Notes: generated by a model not told the origin, from the sequence alone. Shown: positions 50,639-61,718, counted from the first letter of the stretch. The stretch: 64,000 nt of DNA from Atopobium sp. (GCA_015258715.1 JABZHR010000003.1:48872-112871); one strand, 5' to 3'. Numbers and translations are program-made.

Positions 50639-52477
50639 ATGCGTCAAGACAACATCAGAAATATTGCTATCATCGCCCACGTTGACCACGGTAAAACCAC
50701 CATGGTTGACCAGATGCTCAAGGCAACCGATGCATTCCGCGAGAACCAGCAGGTTCAAGAAAGAATTCTGGACTCCAATGATCAGGAGCGTGAGCGCGGA
50801 ATTACCATTCTGGCAAAGAACATCTCTATTGAGTACAAGGGCGTCAAGATTAACGTCATTGATACCCCTGGCCACGCTGACTTTGGTGGCGAGGTAGAGC
50901 GCGTTCTTAAGATGGCCGACGGCGCACTTCTTCTGGTTGACGCAGCTGAGGGCCCTATGCCACAGACGCGCTTTGTTCTGCGCCACGCCATTGACGCAGG
51001 CCTTTCTATCATGATGGTTGTCAACAAGATTGACCGCGATGGCGCTCGCCCAGAGGCTGTTGTCAACGATTCTCTTGATCTTATGATGGACCTTGGCGCA
51101 ACCGATGAGCAGCTTGAGTTCACCATGGAGCACGTCATCTTTGCTTCTGGCGTTAATGGTTACGCTCGCCTTGATCCAAATGATGACAACGACAATATGT
51201 TCCCTCTTCTTGACATGATTATCGACGGCCTTCCAGCTCCAGACGTTGATATCGACGGGCCTCTTGCTATGCAGTGCGTCACCATCGATCACTCCGATTA
51301 CCTGGGCCGCATTGGTATTGGCCGTGTGTATTCCGGAACCGTTCATACCGGTGACAAGATTCTTGTTGTCAAAAACGATGGCTCCCGCGCTATGAGCCAG
51401 GTCAAGCAGCTGTTCACCTTTGACTACCTGGGTCGTAAGGAGTGCGATGAGGTTGACGCAGGCGATATTGCGGCAATCGTTGGCGTTGATAAAACTGATA
51501 TTGGTGATGTTTACACCGATCCAGAAAATCCCGTTGAGCTTGATCCAATCGAGATTGACCCACCAACTCTTTCTATTATTTTTGAGCCTTCTACCTCGCC
51601 ACTTGTTGGCCGTGAGGGAGACATTGTTGGTGGCCGTCAGCTCAAAGAGCGTCTGATGACAGAACGCGAGAATAACGTCACCATGCGCATTGAGGAGCTT
51701 CCTGATAAGACCGGTATTGAGGTTTCTGGCCGTGGTATTCTTCACCTTTCCGTTCTTATGGAGAGCATGCGTCGTGAGGGCTTTGAATTCCAGGTTGGTC
51801 GTCCTCGCGTTCTGTTCAAGAAGGATGCCCAGGGTCACACGCTTGAGCCTATTGAGCAGGCCGTTGTTGAGTGCAACCCAGAGTATGCCGGCAAGGTCAT
51901 TGAGGTCTTTGGTAACGTTGGCGGTACCATGTCCATCATGGACACTGGCGAGACTCAGACGCACCTTGAGTTCAAGATTCCAACCCGCGGCATCATGGGT
52001 CTTAAGACCCGCGTCATGAACGTTACTCACGGTGACGCCGTCTTCTACCACACCTTCCTTGAGTACGGTCCTTTTGCAGGTGATATTGGTAGCCGCCAGA
52101 ACGGCGCCATGATCTCTATGTCTACCGAGAAGGCCGTTGCGTACGCACTTGGTACGCTTCAGGAGCGCGGCCAGCTCTTTGTTGCTCCAGGCGTTGAGTG
52201 CTACGAAGGCATGCTGGTTGGTGAGCGTTCAAGGCCAGGCGACATGGTTGTTAACATTGCGCGCACCAAGTCTTTGGGCAACCAGAGGTCTTCAACTGCA
52301 GACATTTCAGTTCAGCTGACTCCTCCACGCCTGTTTACGCTGGAAGAGGCTCTGGAGTACATCATGGACGACGAGCTTGTCGAGATCACGCCACAAAACA
52401 TCCGCATGCGTAAGCGTATTCTTTCCGAGACTGAGCGCCGTAAGTGGGCAGTCCGCAACGGCATGGTTAAGAAGTAA
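50639..52477 (+). CDS. typA: Translational GTPase TypA/BipA
   Basis: The motifs AHVDHGKTT and DTPGHADF are present. The 612-aa size is typical of TypA. Confidence 0.9.
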   Translation: MRQDNIRNIAIIAHVDHGKTTMVDQMLKATDAFRENQQVQERILDSNDQERERGITILAKNISIEYKGVKINVIDTPGHADFGGEVERVLKMADGALLLVDAAEGPMPQTRFVLRHAIDAGLSIMMVVNKIDRDGARPEAVVNDSLDLMMDLGATDEQLEFTMEHVIFASGVNGYARLDPNDDNDNMFPLLDMIIDGLPAPDVDIDGPLAMQCVTIDHSDYLGRIGIGRVYSGTVHTGDKILVVKNDGSRAMSQVKQLFTFDYLGRKECDEVDAGDIAAIVGVDKTDIGDVYTDPENPVELDPIEIDPPTLSIIFEPSTSPLVGREGDIVGGRQLKERLMTERENNVTMRIEELPDKTGIEVSGRGILHLSVLMESMRREGFEFQVGRPRVLFKKDAQGHTLEPIEQAVVECNPEYAGKVIEVFGNVGGTMSIMDTGETQTHLEFKIPTRGIMGLKTRVMNVTHGDAVFYHTFLEYGPFAGDIGSRQNGAMISMSTEKAVAYALGTLQERGQLFVAPGVECYEGMLVGERSRPGDMVVNIARTKSLGNQRSSTADISVQLTPPRLFTLEEALEYIMDDELVEITPQNIRMRKRILSETERRKWAVRNGMVKK

Positions 52478-52501
52478 CAGCGTCGTTTACAGACAATCAA
52501 T

Positions 52502-52550
52502 CTGGCGAGAAAAACTTGCAGCCGCAAGGGTTTCTCGCCAGTTTTGTTTT
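52502..52550 (+). terminator. Terminator after typA
   Basis: The ctggcgagaaa ... tttctcgccag hairpin is followed by TTTTGTTTT. Confidence 0.55.
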
Positions 52551-52644
52551 AGGTGAGTTTTAAATAAAGCGCAGTTAAACGATGTGTACGGGCGATGCAA
52601 AACCGCCCAAAACCGTTCAAAGACCGTCCGATTGCGGCTAGGCG

Positions 52645-53388
52645 CTACTTTGAGGGACCGTTCTGCTCAGGCTGCTTGCCTGGCTTTTGTGTCTTGTGAC
52701 GCAGTTTGTTGACGCTGCGCATGACATGCGGCGTAAGGTCAACATCTGCAGGTGAAAGCACGTTGTATTTAAGCGACCAGCGTCTGAGGCCAACGGTAAC
52801 TACAACGCAGACAACTGCCGCCCAAATTTTTGTGACGCCTACATAAGAGACAAGCGCCCAGTAGGAGGTAGCGCCAGCAACTGCGCAAAACGCGTAGAGA
52901 TTGCTTCGCTGGAAAATACGAGGGATGTTGCCAAGAAATACGTCGCGAAGCATACCGCCACCAACGCCCGTAATGCTTCCCATCAGAATGACCGAGAAGG
53001 GAAGCAGGTGATATACCAGGGCTTTATCGGTACCAACAACAGCAAAGAGGCCAACGGAGATAATGTCGGTCCACTCAAGCATGCGAGGGAATCTGTCAAG
53101 CGGCTCAGGGAACATAAACAGCAAGACAGCGGTAAAAACGGCAGCCGGAATGGCGTAGGGCGAGTTGAGCATGTAGACGCCACCTTCTTGCATCATGACG
53201 TCCCTGATAAGCCCGCCACCCAGACCACCCAAAAGACCAAGACCCACAAAGCCCACAAGGTCTAAGTGACGATCTCTTGCAACCAAGATTCCCGAGATTG
53301 CACCAATAATTACCGTTAGAAGGTCTAGCCAGTAGGGGATGCTCACAGAAATTGCATCTGTGCCATATGGCGAGAAAAACGGTGGCAT
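52645..53388 (-). CDS. TRIC-family cation channel / UPF0126 (tandem glycine-transporter-like domains)
   Basis: Two internal repeats each contain GGG.(L/M)(I/L)RDV. The protein has ~7 TM helices. Confidence 0.6.
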   Translation of the reverse strand: MPPFFSPYGTDAISVSIPYWLDLLTVIIGAISGILVARDRHLDLVGFVGLGLLGGLGGGLIRDVMMQEGGVYMLNSPYAIPAAVFTAVLLFMFPEPLDRFPRMLEWTDIISVGLFAVVGTDKALVYHLLPFSVILMGSITGVGGGMLRDVFLGNIPRIFQRSNLYAFCAVAGATSYWALVSYVGVTKIWAAVVCVVVTVGLRRWSLKYNVLSPADVDLTPHVMRSVNKLRHKTQKPGKQPEQNGPSK

Positions 53389-53514
53389 CCATACCTCCTA
53401 CTGGTGTTTTTGTTTTTATGAGTATGACAATACTACACAAGTATTAAAAATACACAGAACTTCTCGTTCTATATTGGTGAGAAATCCGCTATACTGTCCC
53501 GTGCGGTTTTATAT

Positions 53515-53605
53515 GGAGAGTTGTCCGAGTGGCCGAAGGAGCACGATTGGAAATCGTGTAGGCGTCTAAAGCGTCTCCAGGGTTCAAATCCCTGACTCTC
53601 CGCCA
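53515..53605 (+). tRNA. tRNA-Ser (anticodon GGA), class II with a long variable arm
   Basis: ggagagttgtccgagtggccgaagga...uuGGAaa...long variable arm...ggttcaaatccctgactctccgcca folds as a class II cloverleaf. Confidence 0.85.
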
Positions 53606-53643
53606 GAATTTTCACGGCGCCTACGGGCGCCGTTTCACCCTTC

Positions 53644-53734
53644 GGAGGGGTGGCAGAGTGGTTGAATGCGGCGGTCTCGAAAACCGTTTACCCCTTCTAG
53701 GGGTACGAGGGTTCGAATCCCTCCTCCTCCGCCA
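53644..53734 (+). tRNA. tRNA-Ser (anticodon CGA), class II
   Basis: ggaggggtggcagagtggttgaatgc...cuCGAaa...ggttcgaatccctcctcctccgcca folds as a class II cloverleaf. A gc-rich hairpin sits in the 38-nt spacer. Confidence 0.85.
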
Positions 53735-53853
53735 TTTAACATTTTTATTTGATTAATTGTTACCAATAAAGATATATTTATTTTTCGATTTTATATAGAA
53801 TGTTTAGGCTTTGTAATTCGATGTCATCTTTTTTGACACGAGGGGAGAGTTAA

Positions 53854-55281
53854 ATGGCTGTTTCAGCAGATGAGTTGAATGGCTACAGGCGCGATCGCTA
53901 CTTTGCACGCTCCTGGGCACTTCTGACTCTGGAAAAGGGTTGGTGGAAGCCTGTCCTTATTATGGCTCTGTTTGGTCTTATTCCAGTTGTCGGAATTCTT
54001 GCACTTGTTGGCTATGCACTTGAGACTGCACGCGTAACTGCATGGGGCATCAATGCTGGTCCAAAGCAGAAAGACCTTAAGTTTGGTACCTATATTGTTA
54101 CCGGCTTCAAGGCAGTTGTTATTGCACTTGCATTTGGTCTGGCATACAGCATTGCTACTGGAATTCTTTCTTTCATTCCAGTTATCAATCTGATTCTTAT
54201 TCCAGTCTTCATTGTTGCAGCATTTGTGTATCCACTGTGCATCAATGTTGTTCAGGTCCGCGCATCAGTTTATGGTCGCATCTCTGCAGGTTTTGCTTTT
54301 AAGAACATCTTTGAGATGATCAAGCACGACATGGGCGGTCTGTTCCGTATCTTTGGTATGGGCATTGTACTTGGCATTGTTACCTCTATCATTATGGGAA
54401 TCATTGGTGGTAGCGCTGCAATTAGTATGTTCGTTAACATTGGTGCTCAGGCTATGGCCATTGCAAGAACTCAGAATATTTCCAGCCAGCAGCAGCTTGG
54501 TCTTGTCGTGCTTGCTCTTCTTGCACGCGGCTTCATTCAGATGGGACCAATCTTCCTGGTTATTGGCTATATTGGTCACGTTGTTGGTCTTATCGTTATG
54601 CTTCTTATGCAGAACGCAATCGCTCTTTGGATGCGTCAGTTCAACGTTCCTGCATGGGGACAGAGCAATGATCCACTGCCACCATTCATTAACGATCCAC
54701 GTGATGGCGCAGCCGCTACTTATGCAGCTCCAGCACCAGTTGCTCCAACTGCTCCAGCAGCAACCGCTGCTCCTGCAGTAGCACCTGTTGCTGTTCCTGT
54801 TGCAGCACCGGCACCAGTAGCAACCCCAGCTCCAGCAGCTCCTGCAGCGCCTGTTGCTCCTGCGGCACCAGTGGCTCCTGCAGCGCCTGTTGCTGCTCCA
54901 GCTGAGCCTGTTGCGGCTCCAGTAGCACCTGCTGCACCAGTGGCTCCTGCTGCACCTGTTGCGCCAGCAGCACCTGTTGCTCCTGCTGCTCCAGCAGCGC
55001 CTGCAGCACCTGTTGCTCCTGCGGCACCTGTAGCTCCTGCTGCACCTGCAGCACCTGTTGCTCCTGCTGCTCCAGCAGCGCCTGCAGCACCTGTTGCTCC
55101 TGCGGCACCAGTCGCACCTGTAGCTCCAGAGGTTCCTGTTGCTCCCGCAGCTCCAGAGCCTGCACCTGCTTCAACTGTTGTTGTTGAGCCAATTATCCCA
55201 ACAACTCCAGAGGCTCCTGAGGCACCAGCTGCTCCAACAGACGCACCAACTCAGAATCCTGAGGGACCTGCAGCTCAGTAA
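53854..55281 (+). CDS. Polytopic membrane protein with a ~150-aa C-terminal Pro/Ala-rich (PAAPVA-type) repeat tail
   Basis: The N-terminal ~280 aa contain 6-7 TM helices. The C-terminal low-complexity tail is encoded by tandem DNA repeats. Confidence 0.6.
   Translation: MAVSADELNGYRRDRYFARSWALLTLEKGWWKPVLIMALFGLIPVVGILALVGYALETARVTAWGINAGPKQKDLKFGTYIVTGFKAVVIALAFGLAYSIATGILSFIPVINLILIPVFIVAAFVYPLCINVVQVRASVYGRISAGFAFKNIFEMIKHDMGGLFRIFGMGIVLGIVTSIIMGIIGGSAAISMFVNIGAQAMAIARTQNISSQQQLGLVVLALLARGFIQMGPIFLVIGYIGHVVGLIVMLLMQNAIALWMRQFNVPAWGQSNDPLPPFINDPRDGAAATYAAPAPVAPTAPAATAAPAVAPVAVPVAAPAPVATPAPAAPAAPVAPAAPVAPAAPVAAPAEPVAAPVAPAAPVAPAAPVAPAAPVAPAAPAAPAAPVAPAAPVAPAAPAAPVAPAAPAAPAAPVAPAAPVAPVAPEVPVAPAAPEPAPASTVVVEPIIPTTPEAPEAPAAPTDAPTQNPEGPAAQ
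54720..55180 (+). repeat. Tandem in-frame nucleotide repeats (18-bp units, with a ~60-bp duplicated block) encoding APAAPV repeats
   Basis: gcacctgttgctcctgc(g/t)gc... recurs many times. A ~60-bp block at ~54970-55030 is duplicated at ~55050-55110. Confidence 0.6.
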
Positions 55282-55588
55282 AGTAGAGCACCTATAAAAG
55301 AGACGGCCATCATGCAGATTGTGTGATGGCCGTTTTTCTTTTTCAATACCATGTTTTTAAAATTGAGCGAGTGACCATGCCTTAGAAAGATTCGCGTCAG
55401 ATAGTTGCAAGATTAGAGGCAAATAAGCAACAAATTGCCAATTTAAGCTTTATATGTGGACTGCATGTGAGAAAGTTTGTGGGCTAGTTTCGTATTTGAG
55501 CATTTATGTGGTATGATGCTTGGTCGAACTTTCCTGCTTCGGGTGCACCTTCACTTCCCGAAGCCATTAGCCCAGAGGAGGTGACAAT

Positions 55589-55882
55589 ATGAAGGCCTAT
55601 GAACTGCTGTTTTTTGTTGACCCAGCTTCCACCGAGGAAGTCCGTGCTGGTGTAATGAAGCGTATTGACGTTGCTATCACCACTGACGGCGGAGTAGTCG
55701 ACAGCGTCGAGGATTGGGGTAAGCGTAAGCTTGCTTTTGAGATCGACGATCTTACCGAGGGTGACTATACCCTCATCAATTTCCATGCAGATCCAACGCA
55801 GATTGCAGAGCTCGATCGAGTCCTGCGAATCAATGATGCTGTTAAGCGTCACATGATCGTGCGTCGAGTCGATAAGGACTAA
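55589..55882 (+). CDS. rpsF: 30S ribosomal protein S6
   Basis: The ORF begins MKAYELLFFVDP... and is 97 aa. Confidence 0.9.
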   Translation: MKAYELLFFVDPASTEEVRAGVMKRIDVAITTDGGVVDSVEDWGKRKLAFEIDDLTEGDYTLINFHADPTQIAELDRVLRINDAVKRHMIVRRVDKD

Positions 55883-55925
55883 GTCCTTGTAATGGAAAAG
55901 TGGAATTATTCCACGATGAGAGGTA

Positions 55926-56387
55926 GTGAGATTTATGAGTATTAACAGGGTTAACATTTCGGGCAACCTGACCCGTGACCCGGAGCTTCGCTCCACAGCA
56001 GGCGGTACCCAGATTCTATCCTTCGGCGTTGCGGTTAACGATCGTCGCAGGAATCAGCAGACTGGTGAGTGGGAAGATGTTCCTAACTTCGTAGACTGCG
56101 TAGTATTTGGTCAGCGTGCTGAAGCACTTTCCCGCTTCCTCTCCAAGGGTTCGAAGGTTGCTATTGAAGGCAAGCTTCGTTTCAGCTCCTGGGAGACGAA
56201 GGAAGGACAGCGTCGCAGCAAGCTTGAGGTTGTTGTCGATGAGGTCGAGTTCCTTTCTAGGAACCAGCAGGGTGGAGCCCCTATGTCACAGGGCGCACCA
56301 TCTTATGCAGCTCCAACTCCACAGGCACCCGCTCCCGTTCCGGCTCCGCCAGACGAGGAGTTCTACGATGCTGATATTCCGTTTTAA
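55926..56387 (+). CDS. ssb: Single-stranded DNA-binding protein. The start is GTG at 55926 or ATG at 55935.
   Basis: An OB-fold is followed by a Gly/Pro-rich tail and the C-terminal acidic tip DADIPF. Confidence 0.9.
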   Translation: MRFMSINRVNISGNLTRDPELRSTAGGTQILSFGVAVNDRRRNQQTGEWEDVPNFVDCVVFGQRAEALSRFLSKGSKVAIEGKLRFSSWETKEGQRRSKLEVVVDEVEFLSRNQQGGAPMSQGAPSYAAPTPQAPAPVPAPPDEEFYDADIPF

Positions 56388-56435
56388 ACGTCAGACAGCA
56401 ACACAGACGTTACTGTCATCTGAAAGGTAAAAGAC

Positions 56436-56708
56436 ATGGCTCAGCAGAAACAAGATTTCCAGCGCCAGCCGCGTCGCAAGTATTGCCAGTTCTGCAAGGA
56501 GGAGACTGAGTTCATCGATTACAAAGACACTCAGCTTCTTCGTAAGTACATGACCGACCGTGGCAAGATTAAGCCTCGTCGCGTCACTGGCACCTGCACG
56601 CAGCACCAGCACGACATTGCACTTGCTATCAAGCGCGCACGCGAGATGGCACTTCTGCCCTACACTGTCCCTGTGGTTTCCAGCCGCGGTGGCCGTAGTC
56701 GCGGATAA
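56436..56708 (+). CDS. rpsR: 30S ribosomal protein S18
   Basis: The ORF contains [38 protein letters not shown]. Confidence 0.9.
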   Translation: MAQQKQDFQRQPRRKYCQFCKEETEFIDYKDTQLLRKYMTDRGKIKPRRVTGTCTQHQHDIALAIKRAREMALLPYTVPVVSSRGGRSRG

Positions 56709-56740
56709 CCTATCTGTTCTTTAGGTAGAGTTGGTTAGCA

Positions 56741-57799
56741 ATGGATAGACCGGATTCAAATATTCCACAGGCACCTGAAGGGTATTCTCGCCCAGAGAGT
56801 AGCTCGCAGAATGTTGCCGGTCCAAGCAACCAAAACGGAGGCAAACCGCGTCCGTTTGAGGCTCCAACATACAAGCAAGGATTTGTACTTTGCGTTGTTG
56901 GTGGAGTAATTACCGGGCTCCTTTCTTTTATTGGAGCCGCTTTGGTTGCGTATGGCATGGTAATTGCTGTCTATTGCAAAAAAGGGCACGGATGGTTTGG
57001 TCCCGCTATTACTTCTGTACTTGTTACAGGTGTAGCAGCTTATTTGCTTTCGGGACCAACGGAAGCAGCAACTTCAGTTACCGCTTGCGCACTTGCTCTT
57101 GGAGTTGGCTACGCTTTTGCAACAGAGAAACTCACTGTTGGTGTTGGATCTCTTCTTGTAGGGGCAACGGCTTTAGCACTTCTGGGATACGATGCATTCT
57201 TTGCCGCGATGGCAGGAACAAGTCTTCCCGAGCTTGCTCAGAGCGTGTTTAATCAATACGCTTCGCAGGTCTCAGGTGCTTCTCCAGAGATCCAAGAGGG
57301 TCTTTCAACTGCAAAGGCACTCTTTATGCTCTTTTGGCCAACCAGCTATACCGGCATGGCGCTTTTATATTTTGTAATTGCGCGTTTTGGAGCTCGAACA
57401 GTGTATAAAGCACTGACAAGAGACCCACAGAAATTGCCACAGTTCCAGCTGATGGACGTTCCATTTTGGATGTGTGCTCTTACCGTGGCCAACTTGTTTG
57501 TGTATGCACTTTCAAGCACCGTTTTGCCTGCTCAAGACTTACTTCAGCTAATTACGCTGAACGTATTTATGGCTCTTAGAGTTGTTTTTGCTCTTCAGGG
57601 TCTTGCAGTGCTCACATGGTTTGTGCGCGAGAAGCACTTCTCGCCAGCACTTTCTCTGTCACTGTTTGTATTGGCAGGCATGCTAGAAGTTCAGTTAGGC
57701 GTTATGGCTCTCGTAGGACTAATTGATGCCTGGGCAAACTTCCGAAAGCTTAATCGCTCAGGAAGCCAGGATTCAGAGCCTACGATAAACAACAACTAG
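56741..57799 (+). CDS. Integral membrane protein of unknown function in the rpsF-ssb-rpsR-rplI cluster (YybS/DUF2232-like by position)
   Basis: The ORF is 352 aa with ~8 TM helices. No motif was recognised. The family call rests on position only. Confidence 0.4.
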   Translation: MDRPDSNIPQAPEGYSRPESSSQNVAGPSNQNGGKPRPFEAPTYKQGFVLCVVGGVITGLLSFIGAALVAYGMVIAVYCKKGHGWFGPAITSVLVTGVAAYLLSGPTEAATSVTACALALGVGYAFATEKLTVGVGSLLVGATALALLGYDAFFAAMAGTSLPELAQSVFNQYASQVSGASPEIQEGLSTAKALFMLFWPTSYTGMALLYFVIARFGARTVYKALTRDPQKLPQFQLMDVPFWMCALTVANLFVYALSSTVLPAQDLLQLITLNVFMALRVVFALQGLAVLTWFVREKHFSPALSLSLFVLAGMLEVQLGVMALVGLIDAWANFRKLNRSGSQDSEPTINNN

Positions 57800-57831
57800 T
57801 CGATACTATCGACTCATCAAAGGAGTTTCCC

Positions 57832-58356
57832 ATGAAAGTTATTCTCTTGGGCGAGCTTCGCGGTAAGGGCGGCGAAGGCGACATCGTAGAGGTCGCACAG
57901 GGTTATGCGGAGAACTTCCTGTTCCCCAACAAGATTGCCCAGCCTGCTACACCGGGTAACATCAAGCAGCTTGAGGAGCGTCGTCACAATATCGCTAAGC
58001 GCGAAGAGCAGCGTATTGCTGACGCAAATGCTACCAAGGCAGCTCTTGATGGCAAGCTCGTAACTGTTGACGCTCGCATCGGCGAGGAGGGCCAGCTCTT
58101 TGGCTCCGTCACCACCGCTCAGATTGCTGATGCAATCGAGGCACAGCTCAACGTCACCGTTGATCGTAAGCGCATTGCTCGTAGCGCTGCTATCAAGACC
58201 GCTGGTCGCCACAATGTCACCATTGAGCTTTATCGTGACATTACCGCTACCGTCGTTGTTCTTGTTGGCGAGGACGATGCTGCTCCTGCAGAGGAGGAGA
58301 CCGAGGAGGTTGTCGCTGAGGCAACCGTCGAGGTTGAGGTTGAGTCCGCAGAGTAG
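57832..58356 (+). CDS. rplI: 50S ribosomal protein L9 with an acidic C-terminal extension
   Basis: The ORF begins MKVILLGELRGKGGEGDIVEVAQGYAENFLFP... Confidence 0.9.
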   Translation: MKVILLGELRGKGGEGDIVEVAQGYAENFLFPNKIAQPATPGNIKQLEERRHNIAKREEQRIADANATKAALDGKLVTVDARIGEEGQLFGSVTTAQIADAIEAQLNVTVDRKRIARSAAIKTAGRHNVTIELYRDITATVVVLVGEDDAAPAEEETEEVVAEATVEVEVESAE

Positions 58357-58486
58357 TTTTATGCATGCATAAAACACAGTTCTCCTGCATTTTTTGGTGG
58401 TTTATACAATTTCTGCAGTTTTCTACAGATTTGTAAGCTTTTATAAAAAGCGCAGCCATCTGAAAAGAATGGAATGTTTGTTCGAA

Positions 58487-58525
58487 CCACCCCTTTGTGA
58501 AACATAACAAAGGGGTGGTCTTTTT
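58487..58525 (+). terminator. Terminator after the ribosomal-protein cluster
   Basis: The 12-bp stem ccacccctttgt ... acaaaggggtgg is followed by TCTTTTT. Confidence 0.55.
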
Positions 58526-58856
58526 ATGTGTAGACGAAACGGTATAATTTCTTATACTCTACCTGCGGTTATTCAAAATGTTATGTAAAACATATTCACT
58601 TAACCTGCGGAATTGTAATTTGATTTGTATAACCGCAGATAAGCAATTGTGTAGAAAATACCACGTGTCGAAAAAAGTCTAAAAATTGTTGAAAACGTTG
58701 AAAACTCAAGGAAATCCCGCTCAGGGTATACGAGTTTTGGAAAATCGTGTTGAAGACTTATATTTTCGAGTTTTGCAAGCCAAAATGACTCTTTATTTTT
58801 TTGAAAAGTACACTACTATTCAGATTCATTCCCAAAAAATATGATTGGAAAAGACG

Positions 58857-60296
58857 ATGGCACAAGACTCGTTTGAGATGAATCCTACGCAATTAACGGC
58901 CCTAGAGAACGCCTCTATGCCACAAGATTCTGATGCCGAGTTTTCCATTCTTTCCGCAATGATTCTCTCGGAAGAGATTAGAGGAGAATGCCTCATTAGG
59001 CTTTCTTCCGAGGATTTTTATATTCCTTCTAATCAAATCATTTTCGAGGCAATTAAGTCGCTGTTTGACAACAACAAGCCAGTTGACGTCATTTCCCTTG
59101 CTGACCACCTGAAGAGTAACGGTAAGTTTGAACGTGCTGGAGGAGCTGTCCGTTTAGCAGAGCTTGGAAATAACCCACTTGCTATGGTTGGTTGGGAAAA
59201 TCATGCCAACATGCTGCATCGTGATACTACGCTCAGAAAGATGATTAGCGCTTCTGCAAAGATTTCTGCCCTTGCTTACAATGCTCCAGAAGATACAAAG
59301 CAAGTTGTTGACCAGGCAGAAAAGCTTATTTTTGATGTAACTAACAGGGACGTTCAGCAGTCTGAGCAGGGCATTGAAGACATCATGACTGATCTCTTTG
59401 ATGAGCTTCAGCAAAACGCTGGAAAAGATGCGGCAGAGCTGGGTGTCCAAACTGGATTTGCAACCCTTGATAACCTCTTCCAGGGTCTTCGTCCAGGTCA
59501 GATGGTTGTTATTGGTGCTCGTCCTGGTGTAGGTAAGACTTCTTTTGCGCTTAGCATGGCTTATAACGCCGCAGTATCTGGTGCAACTGTTGCGCTCTTC
59601 TCGCTTGAGATGAGCAAGATTGAGATTGCTCAGAGGCTTTTGGCTTCTGAGTCAAAGGTTGATTTGCAGACCATCCGCTCTTCCAACATCAGAAATGAGC
59701 AGTGGCCTACCCTTCTGGAGGCAGCAGAGCGCATTTCTCGCCTTAAAATAATCGTTGACGATACTCCGGGCACAACAGTCACAGAAATCCGCGCAAAAGC
59801 CCGCAGAATGCTTAATAAGGCTGAGAAGGGCGTCATTATCATCGACTACCTTCAGCTGCTTTCTCCACCAGCCGAGAAGGGCCGTGCAGACAGTCGTGCA
59901 ACTGAGGTTTCTGAGATGTCTCGTGGCATTAAGATCATGGCCAAAGACCTTAAAGCGCCTGTTATTGCACTTTCTCAGCTTAACCGTACGCTTGAGAACA
60001 GAAACGGTAAGCGCCCACAGCTCTCTGACCTGCGTGAGTCCGGCGCTATCGAGCAGGATGCAGATATTGTTTTGCTGCTTGACCGCTCACTGAGCGATGA
60101 AGAAGCCGCACGTGAAGATCGTCCTGATAAAGATGTTACTAACATCATTGTTGCAAAGAACCGTGCAGGTGCTTTGCGGGATGTTCCTGTCATGTTTATG
60201 CCAACGTCTACTAAGTTTGTTGAGCTTTACCAGGGAAATAATTACTCAGAAAGTGAAGCCGCTCAGTATGCCGCAATGGCAAACCCCGCACACTAA
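58857..60296 (+). CDS. dnaB: Replicative DNA helicase DnaB. The ATG is at 58857; the ORF extends to a TTG at 58845.
   Basis: Walker A (GARPGVGKTSFAL), Walker B (IIIDYLQLL) and the DnaB N-terminal domain are present. Confidence 0.9.
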   Translation: MAQDSFEMNPTQLTALENASMPQDSDAEFSILSAMILSEEIRGECLIRLSSEDFYIPSNQIIFEAIKSLFDNNKPVDVISLADHLKSNGKFERAGGAVRLAELGNNPLAMVGWENHANMLHRDTTLRKMISASAKISALAYNAPEDTKQVVDQAEKLIFDVTNRDVQQSEQGIEDIMTDLFDELQQNAGKDAAELGVQTGFATLDNLFQGLRPGQMVVIGARPGVGKTSFALSMAYNAAVSGATVALFSLEMSKIEIAQRLLASESKVDLQTIRSSNIRNEQWPTLLEAAERISRLKIIVDDTPGTTVTEIRAKARRMLNKAEKGVIIIDYLQLLSPPAEKGRADSRATEVSEMSRGIKIMAKDLKAPVIALSQLNRTLENRNGKRPQLSDLRESGAIEQDADIVLLLDRSLSDEEAAREDRPDKDVTNIIVAKNRAGALRDVPVMFMPTSTKFVELYQGNNYSESEAAQYAAMANPAH

Positions 60297-60437
60297 TCGT
60301 TTCTTATGTGTGACAAAACCTTCGCGCTTCTGTGCTTTTGCCAGCGGTATTAGATATACTTATGAAGCAACCCCTAAAGAGGTTGCAACCGTCATGTAAT
60401 GGTCGTGTTTGTAGATAGCTGCGATAGGGGAGAACTT

Positions 60438-61718
60438 ATGCCAGCTTCCGTACTTGTTGGTGCTCAGTGGGGAGACGAGGGTAAGGGTAAAGTTACCGAC
60501 CTCATTTCCGGAGATTTTGACGTTGTTTGCCGTTACGCAGGTGGTGCAAATGCAGGCCACACGGTAATTGCTGGAGACACAAAGCTTGCACTTCACCAGG
60601 TTCCATCTGGCGTTATGTATGAGAATACCTATCCAGTTATTGGCAATGGCTGCATTGTCGATCCAGAGGTTCTTCTCGGCGAGATTGACATGCTGGAGAG
60701 CAAGGGTATTTCCTGCGATCTTCTTAAGATTTCCGGCAACGCTCATATTGTCATGCCCTATCACAAAGATCTTGATGGCGTACACGAAAAAAAGCTGGGC
60801 AAAAACCTTATTGGCACTACCAAGCGCGGTGTCGGTCCAACCTATATGGACAAGATGAACCGTACCGGTCTTCGTATTCAGGACATGCTTGACGAGAAGA
60901 TCTTCCGCAAGAAGCTTGAGGCTGCACTTGAGTACACCAATCCAATCTTGAGCCTTGTATACGGTCTTCCAACCTATACCGTTGACCAGATTTGTGAGAC
61001 CTACCTGCCTTATGCAGACCGTATTCGTCCTTACATTGTCGAGTCTTCTCTCTTCCTCAACGAAGAGCTTGAGGCTGGCAAGAATATTCTCTTTGAGGGC
61101 GCCCAGGCAACCATGCTTGATATTGACCACGGCACCTATCCATTTGTCACCTCTTCTAACTGCACCGCTGGTGGCGCTGTAACTGGTTCCGGCGTTGGTC
61201 CAACCAACATTGACCGCGTTTTGGGCATTGCAAAGGCTTACCTCACACGCGTTGGTTCTGGTCCATTCCCAACAGAGCTCTTTGACGAGACGGGCGATCT
61301 TCTCGGCGAAGTTGGTCATGAGTACGGCGTAACCACCGGTCGTAAGCGTCGCTGTGGTTGGTATGACGCTGTAGTTGTTAACTACGCAGCTCGTATCAAC
61401 GGTCTTACCGACCTTGCAATCACTAAGCTTGATGTTCTTGGTTGCCTGGACGAGATTAAGGTCTGCGTTGCTTATGAGTGCGACGGCAAGATTTATAAGA
61501 CCGTTCCAGAGCACCAGAGCGTCTTCTATCACGCAAAGCCTGTGTACGAGACTCTTCCTGGTTGGAAGTGCGATATTTCTAACGTTCGCAACTTCTATCA
61601 GCTGCCTCGTGAGGCTAAGGACTACATTGACTTCCTGGAGCAGCTTGCTGGTGTACGCGTTTCTATCATCACCGTTGGTCCAGATCGCGAGCAGACAATC
61701 GACCGCTACTGGAGGTAA
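60438..61718 (+). CDS. purA: Adenylosuccinate synthetase. The ATG at 60438 has an AGGGGAG ribosome-binding site. The ORF-track start at 60399 is probably too long.
   Basis: The P-loop QWGDEGKGK and GNAHIVMPYH are present. Confidence 0.9.
   Translation: MPASVLVGAQWGDEGKGKVTDLISGDFDVVCRYAGGANAGHTVIAGDTKLALHQVPSGVMYENTYPVIGNGCIVDPEVLLGEIDMLESKGISCDLLKISGNAHIVMPYHKDLDGVHEKKLGKNLIGTTKRGVGPTYMDKMNRTGLRIQDMLDEKIFRKKLEAALEYTNPILSLVYGLPTYTVDQICETYLPYADRIRPYIVESSLFLNEELEAGKNILFEGAQATMLDIDHGTYPFVTSSNCTAGGAVTGSGVGPTNIDRVLGIAKAYLTRVGSGPFPTELFDETGDLLGEVGHEYGVTTGRKRRCGWYDAVVVNYAARINGLTDLAITKLDVLGCLDEIKVCVAYECDGKIYKTVPEHQSVFYHAKPVYETLPGWKCDISNVRNFYQLPREAKDYIDFLEQLAGVRVSIITVGPDREQTIDRYWR

Noticed and set aside
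54716-55192. A 158-aa Q/L-rich ORF on the minus strand
   Set aside because: It is the antisense reading of the Pro/Ala tandem repeat. It is a repeat artefact with no independent start context.
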